Shown here piece after piece: positions 17,621 to 27,305 of a stretch of DNA of 64,000 bases. The translations under genes and the position numbers were made by a program. The stretch is taken from the NCBI GenBank assembly GCA_965219445.1, contig CBDCNQ010000005.1:640001-704000 (forward strand), given 5' to 3'. The notes below the pieces were generated by a model. It searched no databases. It was given only the letters and a program-made list of their open reading frames with translations, and was not told the DNA's origin. Numbering within the stretch: position 1 is the stretch's first letter; each line of letters starts with the position of its first letter. The DNA is from Longimicrobiales bacterium. GTDB taxonomy: Bacteria > Gemmatimonadota > Gemmatimonadetes > Longimicrobiales > Gaopeijiaceae.

Positions 17621-17844
17621 ACTCCGACAACGAGGCACCGCGGGAAGCGCCGACGGGGCCGTGGCACCGCAACTCATCAACATGTAACGTTACGTCAAAA
17701 ATGGTGGAGGGCACAGGGCCCGGAGACAAGAGCTGTTCCGAACGGGGGAGTGCTCAGCGTAGCCGGAGGCTGTAACGTGTCCCATCCCGAAAATCGCACC
17801 ATTCGCCGCCGGAGGCAGCCCTGCACCAGCGACTCCTGACAAGC

Positions 17845-18837
17845 TTGACACTCCTCGTGATGGCGGCCTGCGCCACCGAGCCTCCGGCCATGGTTGTCGG
17901 GGACGTGACCTTTGCCGAGACCGAGCTCCTTGGACTGAGTGATGCACGCCGTGCCCAGCTCGCGGGGATCACCGCGTTTGGGCTGGCCGTCGCGCGGGAG
18001 GAACTGCCTTCGAGCTTGGCTCCGATGCTCGAGCAAGCGAGAGACGCCGCGCTCCTGCGGCAGTTCGTAGCCGAAAAAGTCCTGGCTGAGACCGGGGTGG
18101 ATGATGAACAGCTCCGAGCCCACTACCTCACCAACCCCGTCCTCGAATTGACTGTGCGCCACGTCCTCTTCTTTTCAGAGCGCTGGCGCCCCAGCTCACA
18201 TCGGGAAGGCGCCCGGAGAAAGGCGGAGGCCGCCATCGTGCGCCTCGAGGCGGGGGAGCCGTTCGGGGAGGTGGCGGCAGCGCTTTCCGAAGAGCCGGGG
18301 GCCGAGGGCCGTCAGGGGTTGCTGCAGCCCGGGCGTGAGGGCTCTTGGGTCTCCGAATTTTGGAACGCCGCCCTTGCTTTGGAGCCGGGAGAGATCAGTC
18401 CGGTCACCGAAACACAGTACGGGTTTCACGTCCTCCACCTCGAGGACCGTCAAGTCGTTCCGTTCGAGGAGGCTCGTCCGGAGGTCGTGGCAAGGGTCTT
18501 CGCATTGATGGGGTACACGGAGGACGCGGTGGAGGGCGTCTCGATCGAGGACGCACGAGCTTCCACAATCGTGGTCGTCCCCGAGGCGGACCTGGCGGCC
18601 ATCACCCGAGATTTCGAGGATCGAACGCTTCAGTGGAGCGTAGCCCTGGGATTCGCTCCGGGTCTCACAGACGCCCAGGTGAAAGAGGCAGCTCGCGCGG
18701 CGCTGGGGGCTACCGAGCAACTTGCCACGATCGCCCGCGCCGAGCTGCGCGACGTGGCTCCCTTGCTCCGGGCGGCCTACCCAATCACCCTGAGGGAGGC
18801 CGGTGAGACCGAAACACTCGTACCACTCCGGCCGTAG
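17845..18837 (+). CDS. Parvulin (PpiC-type) peptidyl-prolyl isomerase, probable lipoprotein
   Basis: VRHVL, F..VA..LSEEPG, ISPVTETQYGFHVL; MAAC lipobox-like; start uncertain. Confidence 0.8.
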   Translation: MTLLVMAACATEPPAMVVGDVTFAETELLGLSDARRAQLAGITAFGLAVAREELPSSLAPMLEQARDAALLRQFVAEKVLAETGVDDEQLRAHYLTNPVLELTVRHVLFFSERWRPSSHREGARRKAEAAIVRLEAGEPFGEVAAALSEEPGAEGRQGLLQPGREGSWVSEFWNAALALEPGEISPVTETQYGFHVLHLEDRQVVPFEEARPEVVARVFALMGYTEDAVEGVSIEDARASTIVVVPEADLAAITRDFEDRTLQWSVALGFAPGLTDAQVKEAARAALGATEQLATIARAELRDVAPLLRAAYPITLREAGETETLVPLRP

Positions 18838-18845
18838 GAGAGAGA

Positions 18846-19517
18846 ATGACGGCACAGACCACACGAAAGATCACATTCTTGATTGGGTTCGCTGCCTACT
18901 TCAGCGCCATTTGGTATCTGTGGAACACTCCGGTCGTATACCCACTCAAGGTTTTCGTAGTCCTTCTCCACGAGATCAGCCATGCGGCGACGGCGGTCGC
19001 CACGGGTGGCACGATCGAACGAATTGTACTGGACCCCGATCAAGGCGGAGCCTGCTATTGCCCGGGGGGGAGTGCGTTTTTGACCCTTTCGGCGGGATAC
19101 CTCGGAAGCCTGGCTTGGGGCGGACTCCTGATCTCCGCTGGCCAGTTGAAACGTATCAACAGCCGATGGATCACGGGCGCGGTGGGCCTTCTCGTAATCA
19201 GCCTGACACTCGCCTACGTCCGTAGTACTTTCGGCTTCTGGTTCGGCCTCGCCTTCGGCTCCGTCCTCTTGATCGGGGCGCGCCGGCTCCCGGCCGCCGT
19301 CAACCAAGGAATCCTTCTGATGTTGGGCCTCACGAGTTGCCTCTACGCCATCCTCGACATCAAGAGTGACGTGCTCGATCGGCCGGAGCTCCGGTCGGAC
19401 GCCGCCATGCTCGGTGAACTCACGGGGATACATACCGTCGTGTGGGGCAGCCTGTGGATTACGGTGGCTGTCTTGGCTAGCGCGTGGCTATTCCAGTGGT
19501 CGTACCGACGAGCCTGA
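18846..19517 (+). CDS. M50B family membrane metallopeptidase
   Basis: HEISH, AGY.G, SDA motif; multiple TM segments. Confidence 0.85.
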   Translation: MTAQTTRKITFLIGFAAYFSAIWYLWNTPVVYPLKVFVVLLHEISHAATAVATGGTIERIVLDPDQGGACYCPGGSAFLTLSAGYLGSLAWGGLLISAGQLKRINSRWITGAVGLLVISLTLAYVRSTFGFWFGLAFGSVLLIGARRLPAAVNQGILLMLGLTSCLYAILDIKSDVLDRPELRSDAAMLGELTGIHTVVWGSLWITVAVLASAWLFQWSYRRA

Positions 19518-19583
19518 GTCGTACTATATGTAGTAGAAATGTAGTGGAAAACGGTAATTGAGGCGGGTGCCGGGTGGCGCCGA

Positions 19584-19740
19584 ACCTCCCTTGATCTCAC
19601 CCACACTGAACGATACCTTGGCCTTGGCCGGGACACTGGCCTGGGCCGCTCTCAGCCTCCAGTGAGGGGGCAGGGAAGCGGACCGCGGGTCTGAGAGCCC
19701 GCCGGCGACAAGCCCAAAGTGAACTCGAGATTGAGGAGGT
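19584..19740 (+). ncRNA. Candidate structured RNA (6S-like rod or translational leader)
   Basis: 14-bp closing stem 19584-98/19727-40, central bubble, further stems 19620-31/19702-14 and 19649-55/19691-97. Confidence 0.45.
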
Positions 19741-19746
19741 GATCAA

Positions 19747-19809
19747 TTGTCTAGTCCAAGTAGTTTGCCCAACCTGGCGAGGGCAAGCGATCGCTGCTTC
19801 GGTATGTAG
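19747..19809 (+). CDS. Candidate small peptide MSSPSSLPNLARASDRCFGM
   Basis: TTG start behind a perfect AGGAGGTGATC Shine-Dalgarno. Confidence 0.3.
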   Translation: MSSPSSLPNLARASDRCFGM

Positions 19810-19870
19810 GAGCCGAAACGGCTTCGGCTGTCCGCACCGGTAGCGGCCTTCGCGCCGGGTTGCGGCAGAC

Positions 19871-19920
19871 AAAAAAAACGCGCCGTCGGGGGTGGTTACC
19901 CCGGCGGCGTGTTTCTCTTT
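19871..19920. terminator. Bidirectional intrinsic terminator
   Basis: A8-CGCGCCGTCGGGG...CCCCGGCGGCGTG-TTTCTCTTT. Confidence 0.8.
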
Positions 19921-19951
19921 CCCGGGTCCCCGGAAACGGATCCGGCCCTCG

Positions 19952-20530
19952 TCAGCCGAAGTAATCCGGCTCGTTCCCCACCTTCCACTTGATGTTGCAC
20001 CCGATACTGGGGCGTTGGTCCGAGGGAATGGACTCGCCCTTCAAGAGAGCCTCAACCGCAGCTCCGAGATCGGCTCCGGTGACCGGGACATCGTTGCCGG
20101 GCCGACTGCCGTCGAACTGCCCTCGGTACACGAGACGACGTTCGGCGTCGAACAGGAAGAAGTCCGGCGTGCAAGCCGCCTTGTAGGCCTTGGCAACCGA
20201 CTGGGTCTCATCGAAGAGATATGGGAACGTATACCCGAATTCGTCGACTTCACGGGCCATCGCTTCGGGGCCGTCCTGGGGAAACGCCTCGACGTCGTTG
20301 GAGCTGATGGCGACGACGGCCAAGCCCTGCCCCTGGTACCGCTTCGCGGATCGCGTCAGCTCTTCCCGTATGTGTTTCACGAACGGGCAGTGGTTGCACA
20401 TGAACACCACCAGTAGGCCGGGTGCGTCGGCGAAGTCACCGAGCACCACCGTTCGTCCACCCGGGCCCGGCAAAGCGAAGTCCGGAGCCGCCATACCCAG
20501 TGCCGCCATCGTCGACTCGGTGTTGGTCAT
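19952..20530 (-). CDS. Thioredoxin-fold AhpC/TSA-like protein
   Basis: APDF.L, CNHCPFV, ACTPDFFLFD, SIGCNIKWK. Confidence 0.9.
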   Translation of the reverse strand: MTNTESTMAALGMAAPDFALPGPGGRTVVLGDFADAPGLLVVFMCNHCPFVKHIREELTRSAKRYQGQGLAVVAISSNDVEAFPQDGPEAMAREVDEFGYTFPYLFDETQSVAKAYKAACTPDFFLFDAERRLVYRGQFDGSRPGNDVPVTGADLGAAVEALLKGESIPSDQRPSIGCNIKWKVGNEPDYFG

Positions 20531-20554
20531 TGATCCTCCATCTGAACTCTGGCT

Positions 20555-21040
20555 CTACCCCCTGCCGACCTCTAGCTGCTGGGGCAGCGTAACGAGATCG
20601 AGGACCTTGAAACGCCGCTCGCCCACGGGAAGCTCGATGGTCACCTCCTCGCCCTTACGTGCGCCCATGAGCCCTTGGCCGATCGGAGACGCCATGGAAA
20701 CCTGTTCGCCGTCCAGGTCCATGAAATCGCCGGCCACGATGGTGAAGTTGGACACTTCATCCACGGCTAAGTCGTGGATCTCGACACGAGACCCGAAGCC
20801 GACACGATCGGCGGGCATCGCATCCACATCGATCTTCGACAACTCCGATAAACGGTGAGTCAGATGCCCGATCCGGACCTGCACGAATTGCTGCCGTTCG
20901 AGGGCCGACTTGTACTCAGCGTTTTCCCTGAGGTCACCCAATTCCACAGCCTTCTCGATTCTTTGCGGAATGAGAACGTTGAGCTCGTGAGCGAGTTGCT
21001 CGATCTCCTGCCCGATCTTCTCCCGAATCTCGTCAAGCAT
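20555..21040 (-). CDS. greA: GreA/GreB family elongation factor
   Basis: GDLRENAEY, SPIGQGL.G. Confidence 0.9.
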   Translation of the reverse strand: MLDEIREKIGQEIEQLAHELNVLIPQRIEKAVELGDLRENAEYKSALERQQFVQVRIGHLTHRLSELSKIDVDAMPADRVGFGSRVEIHDLAVDEVSNFTIVAGDFMDLDGEQVSMASPIGQGLMGARKGEEVTIELPVGERRFKVLDLVTLPQQLEVGRG

Positions 21041-21328
21041 AAGGGGCGGCCTTGGAGAACCTTTGTGAGTTGGGAGGCCCGAACGGGCGCAGCGATGGAC
21101 GTTTTCTCCTTCTCATCCACCAGGAAGGTGCGGCCTCGCCGGGTAAATTAGTCTTTTCGCGATCTCCAACAAGTGGCGCATTGAAGCGCTCGACGACGCG
21201 CATGCCGTCCGGGGGGAGGGACCCTAGCCGTCACCGCCTGCAGGTGGGTTTGGCTTGGGTAGGTCGGGCTTTTCTGCCGAACGGCGTAGAGCCCCCCCCA
21301 ACCGAGTGTCCGTCCCCTCAGAGACGTC

Positions 21329-21670
21329 CTATCCGACGGCCGGGCTCCCCGACTCCCCGGTGCGGATCCGGTAGCACTCGGCCAATTCTACCACGAAGAT
21401 CACACCATCTCCGAAGCTTCCGGTCCGCGCACCCCCGATGATCGCCTCCCGCGTGCGTTCCAGGAACTCGTCGTTCACGGCGATCTCCAGGCGGACCTTC
21501 TTTCGAAGTAGGATCTCGAACTCCGCGCCGCGGTAGGTCTCTGTATACCCGCCCTGCTGTCCAGCACCCTGGGCGTTGACGACCGACATTCTCCCAACGC
21601 CTACCTCAGTCAACGCCGTCTTCACGTCATGAAGAGCATGAGGCTGTATGTATGCGATTACGAGTTTCAT
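21329..21670 (-). CDS. glnK: P-II nitrogen regulator
   Basis: G.G.Q.G.TETYRG, RTG.FGDG.IF, RIRTGE. Confidence 0.88.
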   Translation of the reverse strand: MKLVIAYIQPHALHDVKTALTEVGVGRMSVVNAQGAGQQGGYTETYRGAEFEILLRKKVRLEIAVNDEFLERTREAIIGGARTGSFGDGVIFVVELAECYRIRTGESGSPAVG

Positions 21671-21704
21671 CAATTTGCTCCGTTCGTATTAAGCCAGGGG
21701 CTCG

Positions 21705-23009
21705 TCAGCGAGTGATCGTGATCTGGTAGTCGGGATACGCTTCCATATTGTGCTCCGCCAAGTCCAGCCCCCGGCGTTCGTCTGCCGCGGACACGCGGAG
21801 TCCCATCGTCGCCTTGACCAAGGAGAAGATGATAGACGCGGCCACGAGGCAGGTAGCACCGTATGCCAAGACCCCGATGAGTTGTGTGACGAACGAGTGG
21901 TCAGCGCCGAATATGCCCACAGCCAGCGTTCCCCAGATCCCGCACGTGAGGTGCACCGAGATTGCTCCGACCGGATCATCCATCTTGATTCGGTCGAAGA
22001 ACATCACCGAGAAGACCACCAGCACACCGGCAACCGATCCGATGATAACCGAGTCCATTGCGCTGACCACGTCCGCACCCGCGGTGATCCCCACGAGGCC
22101 GGCCAGCGCCCCGTTGAGAACCATCGACGCGTCGGGATACTTATGGACGGTCCAGGTCGTCAACATGGCCGAAACGATCCCCGCGCTGGCGGCAAGACAG
22201 GTCGTCACCAAGACCAGAGATACGAGCCCCGGATCAGCGCTGAGCACGGACCCGCCGTTGAAGCCGAACCAGCCGAGCCAGAGCAGGAACATCCCGATAG
22301 CGGCCAGGGGGATGTTGTGACCCGGGATCGGGTGAATGTCACCGTTCACGTACTTCCCGAGGCGGGGTCCAAGCAGGAACACACCGACCAGTGCGGCCCA
22401 TCCCCCGACCGAGTGCACGAGCGTCGACCCGGCGAAGTCGTAGAAGCCCATCTCGTCGAGCCATCCCCCCCCCCATTTCCAAGAGCCGACGAACGGGTAT
22501 ACCAGCCCTACATAAAGGGTGGCGAACACGAGGAATGAGGCCAGTCTGATGCGCTCGGCGACGGCCCCGGAGACGATCGTGGCCGCTGTCGCCGCGAACA
22601 TCCCCTGGAAAAGGAAGTCCGTCCAGTAGGTGTAACCCTCACTGTACTGCGAAGTGAGACCGGCGGCGTCCGTCCCGATGCCGAAGCCAGCGAACCCGAA
22701 GAAGCTCCCGATTGAAAACTCTCCAGGGTACATCAGGTTGAAGCCCACGATGGCGTAGGTGAGCAATCCGATCGCGATGATGCTCACGTTCTTGAACAGA
22801 ATGTTCACGGTGTTCTTCGACTGGGTCAGTCCTATCTCCAGGGTCGAAAACCCCAGGTGCATGATGAATACCAAGAAGGTGGCAACCATCATCCACGTGT
22901 TGTTGACCGTGAACATCGCGTCCGCCGCGGTTTGGGCCGCCGCCGGTACGGGCGCTACCGCTGCAAGAAGCAGCGGAAGAATCAGTAATGATTTACGTGA
23001 AAGTTGCAT
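21705..23009 (-). CDS. amt: Ammonium transporter (Amt1-like clade)
   Basis: DFAGSTLVH, GWFGFNGGS, DDPVGAISVH; starts MQLSRKSL. Confidence 0.95.
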   Translation of the reverse strand: MQLSRKSLLILPLLLAAVAPVPAAAQTAADAMFTVNNTWMMVATFLVFIMHLGFSTLEIGLTQSKNTVNILFKNVSIIAIGLLTYAIVGFNLMYPGEFSIGSFFGFAGFGIGTDAAGLTSQYSEGYTYWTDFLFQGMFAATAATIVSGAVAERIRLASFLVFATLYVGLVYPFVGSWKWGGGWLDEMGFYDFAGSTLVHSVGGWAALVGVFLLGPRLGKYVNGDIHPIPGHNIPLAAIGMFLLWLGWFGFNGGSVLSADPGLVSLVLVTTCLAASAGIVSAMLTTWTVHKYPDASMVLNGALAGLVGITAGADVVSAMDSVIIGSVAGVLVVFSVMFFDRIKMDDPVGAISVHLTCGIWGTLAVGIFGADHSFVTQLIGVLAYGATCLVAASIIFSLVKATMGLRVSAADERRGLDLAEHNMEAYPDYQITITR

Positions 23010-23079
23010 GGGTGGTCTTTCCTCCATCCGGTCCCGTGGACAACTGCATGCGTTGAGACACGCTATAGGTTGCGCCGCT

Positions 23080-23096
23080 GGCAAAGCGTGTGCCAG
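23080..23096 (-). promoter_or_regulatory. Sigma54 promoter
   Basis: CTGGCAC-ACGCT-TTGC. Confidence 0.85.
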
Positions 23097-23184
23097 AATT
23101 CCAAAACCGGAGAAAACCCTTTATATGTAAGGAGTTTTTCGAACTTGGGGACTTCGGAGGATCGTTCTCTAACGCAGGGAAAAT

Positions 23185-23229
23185 CCTACGCTGCGGTAGG
23201 ACCAGGAGGCGAACCCACAAGAATGTAAG
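23185..23229. promoter_or_regulatory. Paired CCTAC-N6-GTAGG-like enhancer sites
   Basis: CCTACGCTGCGGTAGG and CCCACAAGAATGTAAG, 29 bp apart. Confidence 0.65.
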
Positions 23230-23235
23230 GAGCCT

Positions 23236-23466
23236 GAAAACGCCCACCGCCAGGGTTCCCCAGATCCCGCACGTCGGATGCACCGAGATCGTTCCCACCG
23301 GATCGTCCATCTTCGGTTGAACAACATCACCGAGAAGGCCACGATCACACCGGCAACCGCTCCGATGATCGCCGAGCCCGTTACGCTGATCGCGTCCGCA
23401 CCCGTGGTGATCCCCACGAGGCCGGCCAGCGCCCCGTTGAAAGCCATCGATGCGTCGGGATGCTAT
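23236..23466 (-). pseudogene. Internal amt gene fragment
   Basis: Diverged copy of about 21910-22140 (NGALAGLVGIT..., MDDPVGTISVH.TCGIWGTLAVG) with a frameshifting deletion. Confidence 0.85.
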
Positions 23467-23508
23467 GGGAGACCCCATGCCGCAGCCTGCCTGTGCCCCT
23501 GACGTCCC

Positions 23509-23859
23509 CTAGCCCACTGGCGTGACCGCCGCCGTATCCCGATCCCCGGTTCGGATCCGGTGGACCTGATCCACCGGACACACGAAGATCTTCCCGTCTC
23601 CAACCTCGTCCGTGCGCGCAGAACGCAGGATCGCCTCCACGACCGTGTCAGTGAACCCGTCCGATACGCCGATGTCCAGCAGAACTTTCTCCTGCAGCTC
23701 CATCATGACCGTCGTTCCCCGGTAGGTCGCCACCGGAGTGGTCTCACCTCCGTGGCCCTGGACCCGGGACACAGTGATTCCCCGCACATCCGCCTGGAAT
23801 AGCGCCTTCATCACATCGTTCAGCTTTTCCGGGCGAATGATGGCCTTGATCAACTTCAT
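23509..23859 (-). CDS. glnK: P-II nitrogen regulator (second paralog)
   Basis: MKLIKAIIRP, TYRG, VGDGKIF, RIRTG. Confidence 0.88.
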   Translation of the reverse strand: MKLIKAIIRPEKLNDVMKALFQADVRGITVSRVQGHGGETTPVATYRGTTVMMELQEKVLLDIGVSDGFTDTVVEAILRSARTDEVGDGKIFVCPVDQVHRIRTGDRDTAAVTPVG

Positions 23860-23883
23860 CTGGGTTTCCTCTCTGTGTGGGGT

Positions 23884-25296
23884 TCAGACTGTGTCCGAGT
23901 GCGCAGAAGCCGTGGAGGCCGTCGGCGGCGTGCTGGGCGAGGACTCCGCGCCCGACCCCCCATTCATCTCCTCGTCCAGGAGGAGGACGGCCCCGCCGCT
24001 ACTTGCGTACGCTTCCTCTCCGTGGTTCAGGAGGTCCATGCCACGGGCTTCCTCTTTCTCAGAAGGCCGAAGCGGGGCAACGAGTCCGATCACCTTCAGG
24101 ATGACGAAGGTCATGGCTCCGCAGTACACGGCGACGGCGAGAATGGCGACCACCTGTATGCCGACTTGGGCGGGATTGCCAAAAAGGAGCCCGTCGTACG
24201 CGCCGTTTATCGCGGCGCTGGCGAAGACCCCGGTGAGGATCGCGCCGCTGATGCCGCCTATCCCGTGCGCCGCGAACACGTCGAGGGAGTCATCCAGGCG
24301 GGTGCGCGTACGCCATTGAAGGACAAAGTAGCTGGGAACGGCCGAGATGGCGCCCAGCACGAGCGCATATGCCGGAGAGATGAACCCCGACGCCGGCGTG
24401 ATCGCCACCAATCCGACAACGATTGCGGTCGCTACGCCCACCGCGGTGACGTTCCCCGTACGGAAGTGATCCAGCAGCGCCCAGACGACGAGCGCCGCGG
24501 CGGGGGCCAGAAGAGTATTCACGAAGGCCAGCGCCGCGATGCCGTCCGAGGCAAGCGCGCTCCCACCATTGAATCCGAACCACCCGAACCAGAGGAGCCC
24601 CGCGCCAAGGAGCACAAATGGAACGTTGTGAGGCAGCAGTGCGGTTCGTGCGTACTCGTGTCGGCTTCCCAACACGAGGGCAGCCACGAGCGCGGCAACC
24701 CCCGCGTTCACATGCACGACCGTTCCGCCCGCGAAGTCCAGCGCGCCCAGCTCGCCCAACCATCCGCCACCCCAGACCCAGTGCGCTACGGGGGCATAGA
24801 CCACGAGGCCCCAGATCGCGATGAAGGCCACGTAAGGCACGAAGCGCATACGGCCGATCAGAGCGCCGGAAATGAGCGCCGCGGTGATGATGGCGAAAGT
24901 TGCCTGGAACGCCATGAAGAGTATGTGGGGGATCGTCCCGTTGGGCTCGGTACCGACTCCGCGCAGCATCGCCATCGAGAAGTCACCCACGAGCATGGTC
25001 CCGCCCCCGAAGGCGAGCGAGTACGCCAGCACCGCCCAGAGCACCGCTGACACGCCGAGCGCGACGAAGCTCATCATCATCGTGTTCAGGGCGTTCCTGG
25101 AGTTCACGAGGCCACCATAGAAAAAGGCGAGCCCCGGGGTCATGAGGAGAACCAGCGCCGTCGAGATCAGCATCCAACTAGTGTCGGCTCCCGAGATCGC
25201 GCCCTCCGCCTGGGCCGCCGCCGAAGCGGGCGCTACCGCCGCGTACAGCAGCGGAAGAACGAAAAGAATGACTAGTGATTTGCGTGAGAGCTGCAT
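23884..25296 (-). CDS. amtB: Ammonium transporter AmtB
   Basis: LVLLMTPGLAFFYGG, DFAGGTVVH, DDSLDVFAAHG; starts MQLSRKSL. Confidence 0.95.
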   Translation of the reverse strand: MQLSRKSLVILFVLPLLYAAVAPASAAAQAEGAISGADTSWMLISTALVLLMTPGLAFFYGGLVNSRNALNTMMMSFVALGVSAVLWAVLAYSLAFGGGTMLVGDFSMAMLRGVGTEPNGTIPHILFMAFQATFAIITAALISGALIGRMRFVPYVAFIAIWGLVVYAPVAHWVWGGGWLGELGALDFAGGTVVHVNAGVAALVAALVLGSRHEYARTALLPHNVPFVLLGAGLLWFGWFGFNGGSALASDGIAALAFVNTLLAPAAALVVWALLDHFRTGNVTAVGVATAIVVGLVAITPASGFISPAYALVLGAISAVPSYFVLQWRTRTRLDDSLDVFAAHGIGGISGAILTGVFASAAINGAYDGLLFGNPAQVGIQVVAILAVAVYCGAMTFVILKVIGLVAPLRPSEKEEARGMDLLNHGEEAYASSGGAVLLLDEEMNGGSGAESSPSTPPTASTASAHSDTV

Positions 25297-25374
25297 GGGT
25301 GGTCTTTCCTCCAGTCGGTCCCCGGGGCAACTGCATGCACCAAGACGCGCACGCAGCACATGCAACCGCCATTG

Positions 25375-25390
25375 GCAAGGCGTATGCCAT
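25375..25390 (-). promoter_or_regulatory. Sigma54 promoter
   Basis: TGGCAT-ACGCC-TTGC. Confidence 0.8.
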
Positions 25391-25477
25391 GATACTCAAA
25401 ACTGGAGACAACCCTTTATTTATAAGGGGAATTCCCATTTTTGGGGGCTTCAGAGGAGCGTTTTAGGGACGGGAAAT

Positions 25478-25522
25478 CCTACGCTGCGGTAGGACCAGGA
25501 GGTGAACCCACAAGAATGTAGG
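25478..25522. promoter_or_regulatory. Paired enhancer sites
   Basis: CCTACGCTGCGGTAGG and CCCACAAGAATGTAGG, 29 bp apart. Confidence 0.65.
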
Positions 25523-25538
25523 CACGAGTTCGGAGGGA

Positions 25539-27056
25539 TCAGGTCAATCCGTATTTCTCGACACGAAGGCCCATGATCCGCTCGGTAATGCCCAGCTGCC
25601 GGGCGGCGGCCGCGCGGTTGCCCTTTTTCACCTTGAGGGCGTCGATGATCAGCTCTTTTTCCAGCACGTCCAGCTGCACGTTGAGGGGTCCGGACCGCTC
25701 CTCGTCGACCTTGGCCATCTGAAGGCTGGGCGGGAGCAAGCGAGCGTGGATGACCGGTCCATCGGCAAGCAATACCGCCCGCTCGATGGCGTTCTCCAGC
25801 TCTCTGACATTTCCCGGCCAATGATAGGCCATGAAGAGATCGATCGCGGGCGTGGACAGCCGTACGATGGACCGCTCGTGCCTCCGCCCGTACTTCTCGA
25901 TGAAGTGATCCGCCAAGAGAATGATGTCGGTACGGCGCTCCCGCAGCGGCGGCACATGAATCGGAAACACGTTGAGGCGATAGTAGAGATCGGCCCGGAA
26001 CCGACCCACCTCCATGTCCCGCTCGAGGGGACGGTTGCTCGCCGCGACAACGCGGACGTCGGTCTTCAACACCGTACTGCTACCGACCCGCTCGAACTCC
26101 CGCTCCTGTAGGACCCGGAGAAGCCGGAGTTGGATCGCACCCGTGAGGTCACCGATTTCATCGAGGAAAATGGTTCCTCCCGACGCACGTTCGAACCGCC
26201 CCTCTCTCTGCTGCACCGCACCGCTGAAGGCACCTTTCTCGTGGCCGAAGAGTTCACTCTCGATGAGGCTCTCCGGAAGCGCAGCGCAGTTGACCCGTAC
26301 GAAGGGGCCCTCCGACCGTCGACTCCCGTAGTGAACCGCCTGCGCGATGAGTTCCTTTCCTGTGCCACTTTCACCCCGGATCAGCACCGTAGCATCGCTT
26401 TGGGCGACCTGGCCGATCATTTCGTACACCGGCGCCATTTCGCGCGAATTGCCCACGATGTTGGACGGCTGGTAACGGTCGGCAAGCTCCCTCCGCAGGC
26501 GCTGGTTCTCCTCCATCAACGCCTTCTCTTCCTCGTCGAACTGGCCGAGGCGTACGACGTGGGCAATGAGAGAGGCGAGGATCGAAAGGATGCGGATGTC
26601 CTCGTCGAAAGAGTTATCGAGCCTGTACGGCCGCTCGGCGCTCAGGGCCCCGATCGTCTCATTCCCAAGCCGAACCGGTACGCAGACGAAGGCCAACTCG
26701 CTCTCTGGGCGATCCTGTAAAGGACGAGTGCGGCCCAGGAAAAGCGGCTCGGCGGCGATGGAGGGTACGACAACGGGCTCGCCGGTCTGGACGACACGCC
26801 CCGTGATCCCCTCACCCAAGCGGTATCTCCCACGCTCTCGCTGGTCGGCGGAGAGGCCGATCGCCTCGTGAACCAAGATCTCGGAAGTCCGGCGGTTCAG
26901 GACGGTGAGCGTCGCGCACTCCACATCCATATGGCGTGAAAGTGCCTCGAGAATCGGCTTCATGGACGTACTCAAGTCCGAAGCCTCGTCGAGGACGGTG
27001 CTGGCTTCGTGAAGAAGCGACAGCGACCGGGATTGTCCGATGGAATTCGCCAACAT
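25539..27056 (-). CDS. NifA-like sigma54 activator (GAF-AAA+-HTH)
   Basis: [47 protein letters not shown]-terminal HTH. Confidence 0.92.
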   Translation of the reverse strand: MLANSIGQSRSLSLLHEASTVLDEASDLSTSMKPILEALSRHMDVECATLTVLNRRTSEILVHEAIGLSADQRERGRYRLGEGITGRVVQTGEPVVVPSIAAEPLFLGRTRPLQDRPESELAFVCVPVRLGNETIGALSAERPYRLDNSFDEDIRILSILASLIAHVVRLGQFDEEEKALMEENQRLRRELADRYQPSNIVGNSREMAPVYEMIGQVAQSDATVLIRGESGTGKELIAQAVHYGSRRSEGPFVRVNCAALPESLIESELFGHEKGAFSGAVQQREGRFERASGGTIFLDEIGDLTGAIQLRLLRVLQEREFERVGSSTVLKTDVRVVAASNRPLERDMEVGRFRADLYYRLNVFPIHVPPLRERRTDIILLADHFIEKYGRRHERSIVRLSTPAIDLFMAYHWPGNVRELENAIERAVLLADGPVIHARLLPPSLQMAKVDEERSGPLNVQLDVLEKELIIDALKVKKGNRAAAARQLGITERIMGLRVEKYGLT

Positions 27057-27305
27057 CGACCCTCTCCTACATACTAAAGCACGGACCGCAGAGCCCGCCT
27101 GCTCCCGGCTAACAACGGGGGCCCTCAGAGGGCCGAGCGGGTGTGAACGCATCAAGCTACATAAATGTAGGGGCTGGCGCACAGCGTGTGGGCGTGCATA
27201 GGGTCGACGGGGCCGTTACTCCCTATTAAAGGTAAGAGCGATAAAGGTAGGAGCGGGGCTGCTCGATCCAGTAATGGATCGGAGCAGCCCCGGCCAATGC
27301 TACCG

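Noticed and set aside
17700..17790. Complete tRNA, tmRNA or SRP RNA gene
   Set aside because: No TTCG(A) T-loop at the right position, no cloverleaf and no SRP domain IV motif.
25539..27056. nifA as evidence of nitrogen fixation
   Set aside because: No nif structural genes in the window; the context is ammonium uptake.
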